Assembly (NCBI GenBank): GCA_043722085.1 | Contig: JAYSPL010000126.1 | Span: forward strand, 1-47,713 | Length of the DNA: 47,713 nt | Direction: 5' to 3' | DNA from: Candidatus Altimarinota bacterium | GTDB lineage: Bacteria; Patescibacteriota; Gracilibacteria; BD1-5; UBA2023 | Shown: positions 46,682 to 47,713 of the stretch, piece by piece | How the letters are laid out: each line of letters starts with the position of its first letter | Numbering within the stretch: position 1 is the stretch's first letter | The notes under the pieces: model-generated | What the model was told of the DNA's origin: nothing | What the model saw: only the letters and a program-made list of their open reading frames with translations | The model's database searches: none | Position numbers and translations under genes: made by a program

Positions 46682-47272
46682 ATGCCAGAAGCCCTCAAGA
46701 GAATCATCGATATGATCCACTACCTTCCTGGAATTGGAGAGAAAACCGCGGCTAAGCTCGCATTTTTTTTGCTGAAAGCGAATGCAACCTACGTCTCGAA
46801 TTTTGCCAGGGCGCTCTCTGATCTGCACGAGAAAGTAAGGGAATGCGAGGTATGCCATGCGATGACAGATGTAGATCATCCGACTTGTAGCATCTGTAGT
46901 GATCCCAAGCGAGATGCGACGATGCTCTGTGTGGTAGAAGATTATCTCGATATGCTGTCCATCGATCGAACGGGAGTATGGCGTGGACTATATCATGTCC
47001 TCGGAGGGGTGATATCTCCAATCCAAGGAACCACTCCTGACAAGCTCAACTACGACTCACTCTTTGCACGAATACTCGAAAATCCAGAGATCCATGAGAT
47101 TATCCTTGCTATGAATCCCAATATAGAAGGGGAGGCGACCGCACTGTACGCGGTGTGACATATGCCACGAGAAGTGAAGATATCGAGACTCTCAAAATGA
47201 CTCCCACACGCGGGATCTATCGAGTATGCTGATGAGATTACATTGCTCTCGGCATTTCGGGGGAGGGGGTAA
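46682..47272 (+). CDS. recR: recombination protein RecR
   Basis: LPGIGEKTAAKLAFFLL (HhH), the C4 zinc finger CEVCHAMTD..CSICSD, and Toprim ..MLCVVEDYLDMLSIDRTG.YHVLGG.. Extended across two TGA to TAA 47270-47272. Confidence 0.9.
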
Positions 47273-47385
47273 AATTCAAATTTTGAATTTGAAAAGGAAG
47301 AGAAATTTGGAATCTAAATATTTCCTGTCAGGCTCTGCTGGGGGATAGTACCAGAGTTGTCTCGTTCCTGAAGGTATGCGGTTGC

Positions 47386-47562
47386 GTGGCGAAAGAGTTA
47401 CTGTACTACCTCGCCGAACGATATGACATTGAACGCACAGATGATGAAGTTATTGATAGTGAAATAGAGTGAGTGAGGGAACAGCTTGCTACGAGGATAG
47501 CAAATCGTAGCGTATATTTTGTAATCACTCACACTAACCGCAAAGAAGGAACTATACCGTAG
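47386..47562 (+). other. unassigned segment: either a 58-aa ORF (GTG start) or a structured RNA
   Basis: A frame-1 reading frame open from 47269 has no ATG. GTG 47386 would give (M)AKELLYYLAERYDIERTDDEVIDSEIE[G]VREQLATRIANRSVYFVITHTNRKEGTIP*. The same DNA forms nested hairpins: 47469-76/47525-32 (8 bp) and 47488-94/47505-11 (7 bp). It ends in a good terminator. Confidence 0.3.
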
Positions 47563-47579
47563 TTCCTTCTTTTTCTTTT
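47543..47579 (+). terminator. rho-independent terminator
   Basis: 11-bp stem aagaaggaact / agttccttctt with loop ataccgt, followed by tttttctttt. Confidence 0.7.
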
Positions 47580-47713
47580 GTTTGGTTCCTGAGTTCCATG
47601 AGGATTATTTCATTAGCCTCTTCAGCTTTTGCTACATTCTCTGCATAATACTGGCGTATGCGTTTGTATCGACTAAATATCATATTTGGACTCTGCCAGT
47701 AGAGAGAAAGTAA
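47552..47713 (-). CDS. 3' end of an unidentified gene running off the window
   Basis: The minus-strand frame is open from the window edge: ..LLSLYWQSPNMIFSRYKRIRQYYAENVAKAEEANEIILMELRNQTKEKEGTTV*. The stop (47552-47554) lies inside the terminator hairpin. Only 53 codons, so this is weak. Confidence 0.3.
   Translation of the reverse strand, partial: LLSLYWQSPNMIFSRYKRIRQYYAENVAKAEEANEIILMELRNQTKEKEGTTV

Noticed and set aside
47296-47583. tmRNA, SRP RNA, RNase P RNA or tRNA downstream of recR.
   Set aside because: It lacks a GGTTCGAATCC-type T-arm and CCA end, the GGAA/AGCAGC SRP domain IV pattern, and the GAGGAAAGTCC RNase P motif. It is kept only as an unassigned structured segment.

Overview
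This is a 47.7-kb chromosomal stretch from an AT-rich, small-genome bacterium that reads UGA as glycine (translation table 25, Gracilibacteria/Absconditabacteria-type CPR). Under the standard code almost every conserved gene is cut into pieces at TGA. With TGA=Gly I could hand-assemble about 45 tightly packed CDS that end only in TAA or TAG.

The content is mostly core housekeeping:
- rpmG, rpsF-ssb-rpsR, and a VirB2/TrbC-like pilin ORF
- leuS, a YvcK-like protein, SPFH-NfeD-hrcA, rpsO, and a rhomboid protease
- a UvrD-type helicase fused to a RecB-type nuclease
- ahcY plus a PfkB kinase, murA, an orphan OmpR-type regulator, and clpC
- an SH3 secreted protein, a cNMP-binding protein, groES/groEL, an HD hydrolase, and secD
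- two MurD-family ligases plus a MurL-like gene
- a five-gene envelope operon (LCP, PBP1A, FtsE-like ATPase, MOP flippase, 1133-aa polytopic protein)
- rsmH-ftsL-recR

I recognised no rRNA, tRNA, CRISPR, transposase or integrase.

The most unusual observations are:
1. A complete Nudix hydrolase domain with a perfect Nudix box is inserted in frame inside LeuRS.
2. groES and groEL are separated by two tightly coupled unknown ORFs. An 18-bp palindrome sits over the groES -35 box, and I found no CIRCE element.
3. A MurD paralogue is paired with a PP-loop/Cys-cluster protein (MurD2/MurL-like). The pair lies next to an unrecognisable 507-aa protein and the canonical murD, which lacks an in-frame canonical start codon.
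4. An FtsE-like ATPase has no FtsX and is embedded in the PBP1A/flippase operon.

All coordinates come from hand translation. Stops are more reliable than starts, and family names are from motif recognition, not searches.
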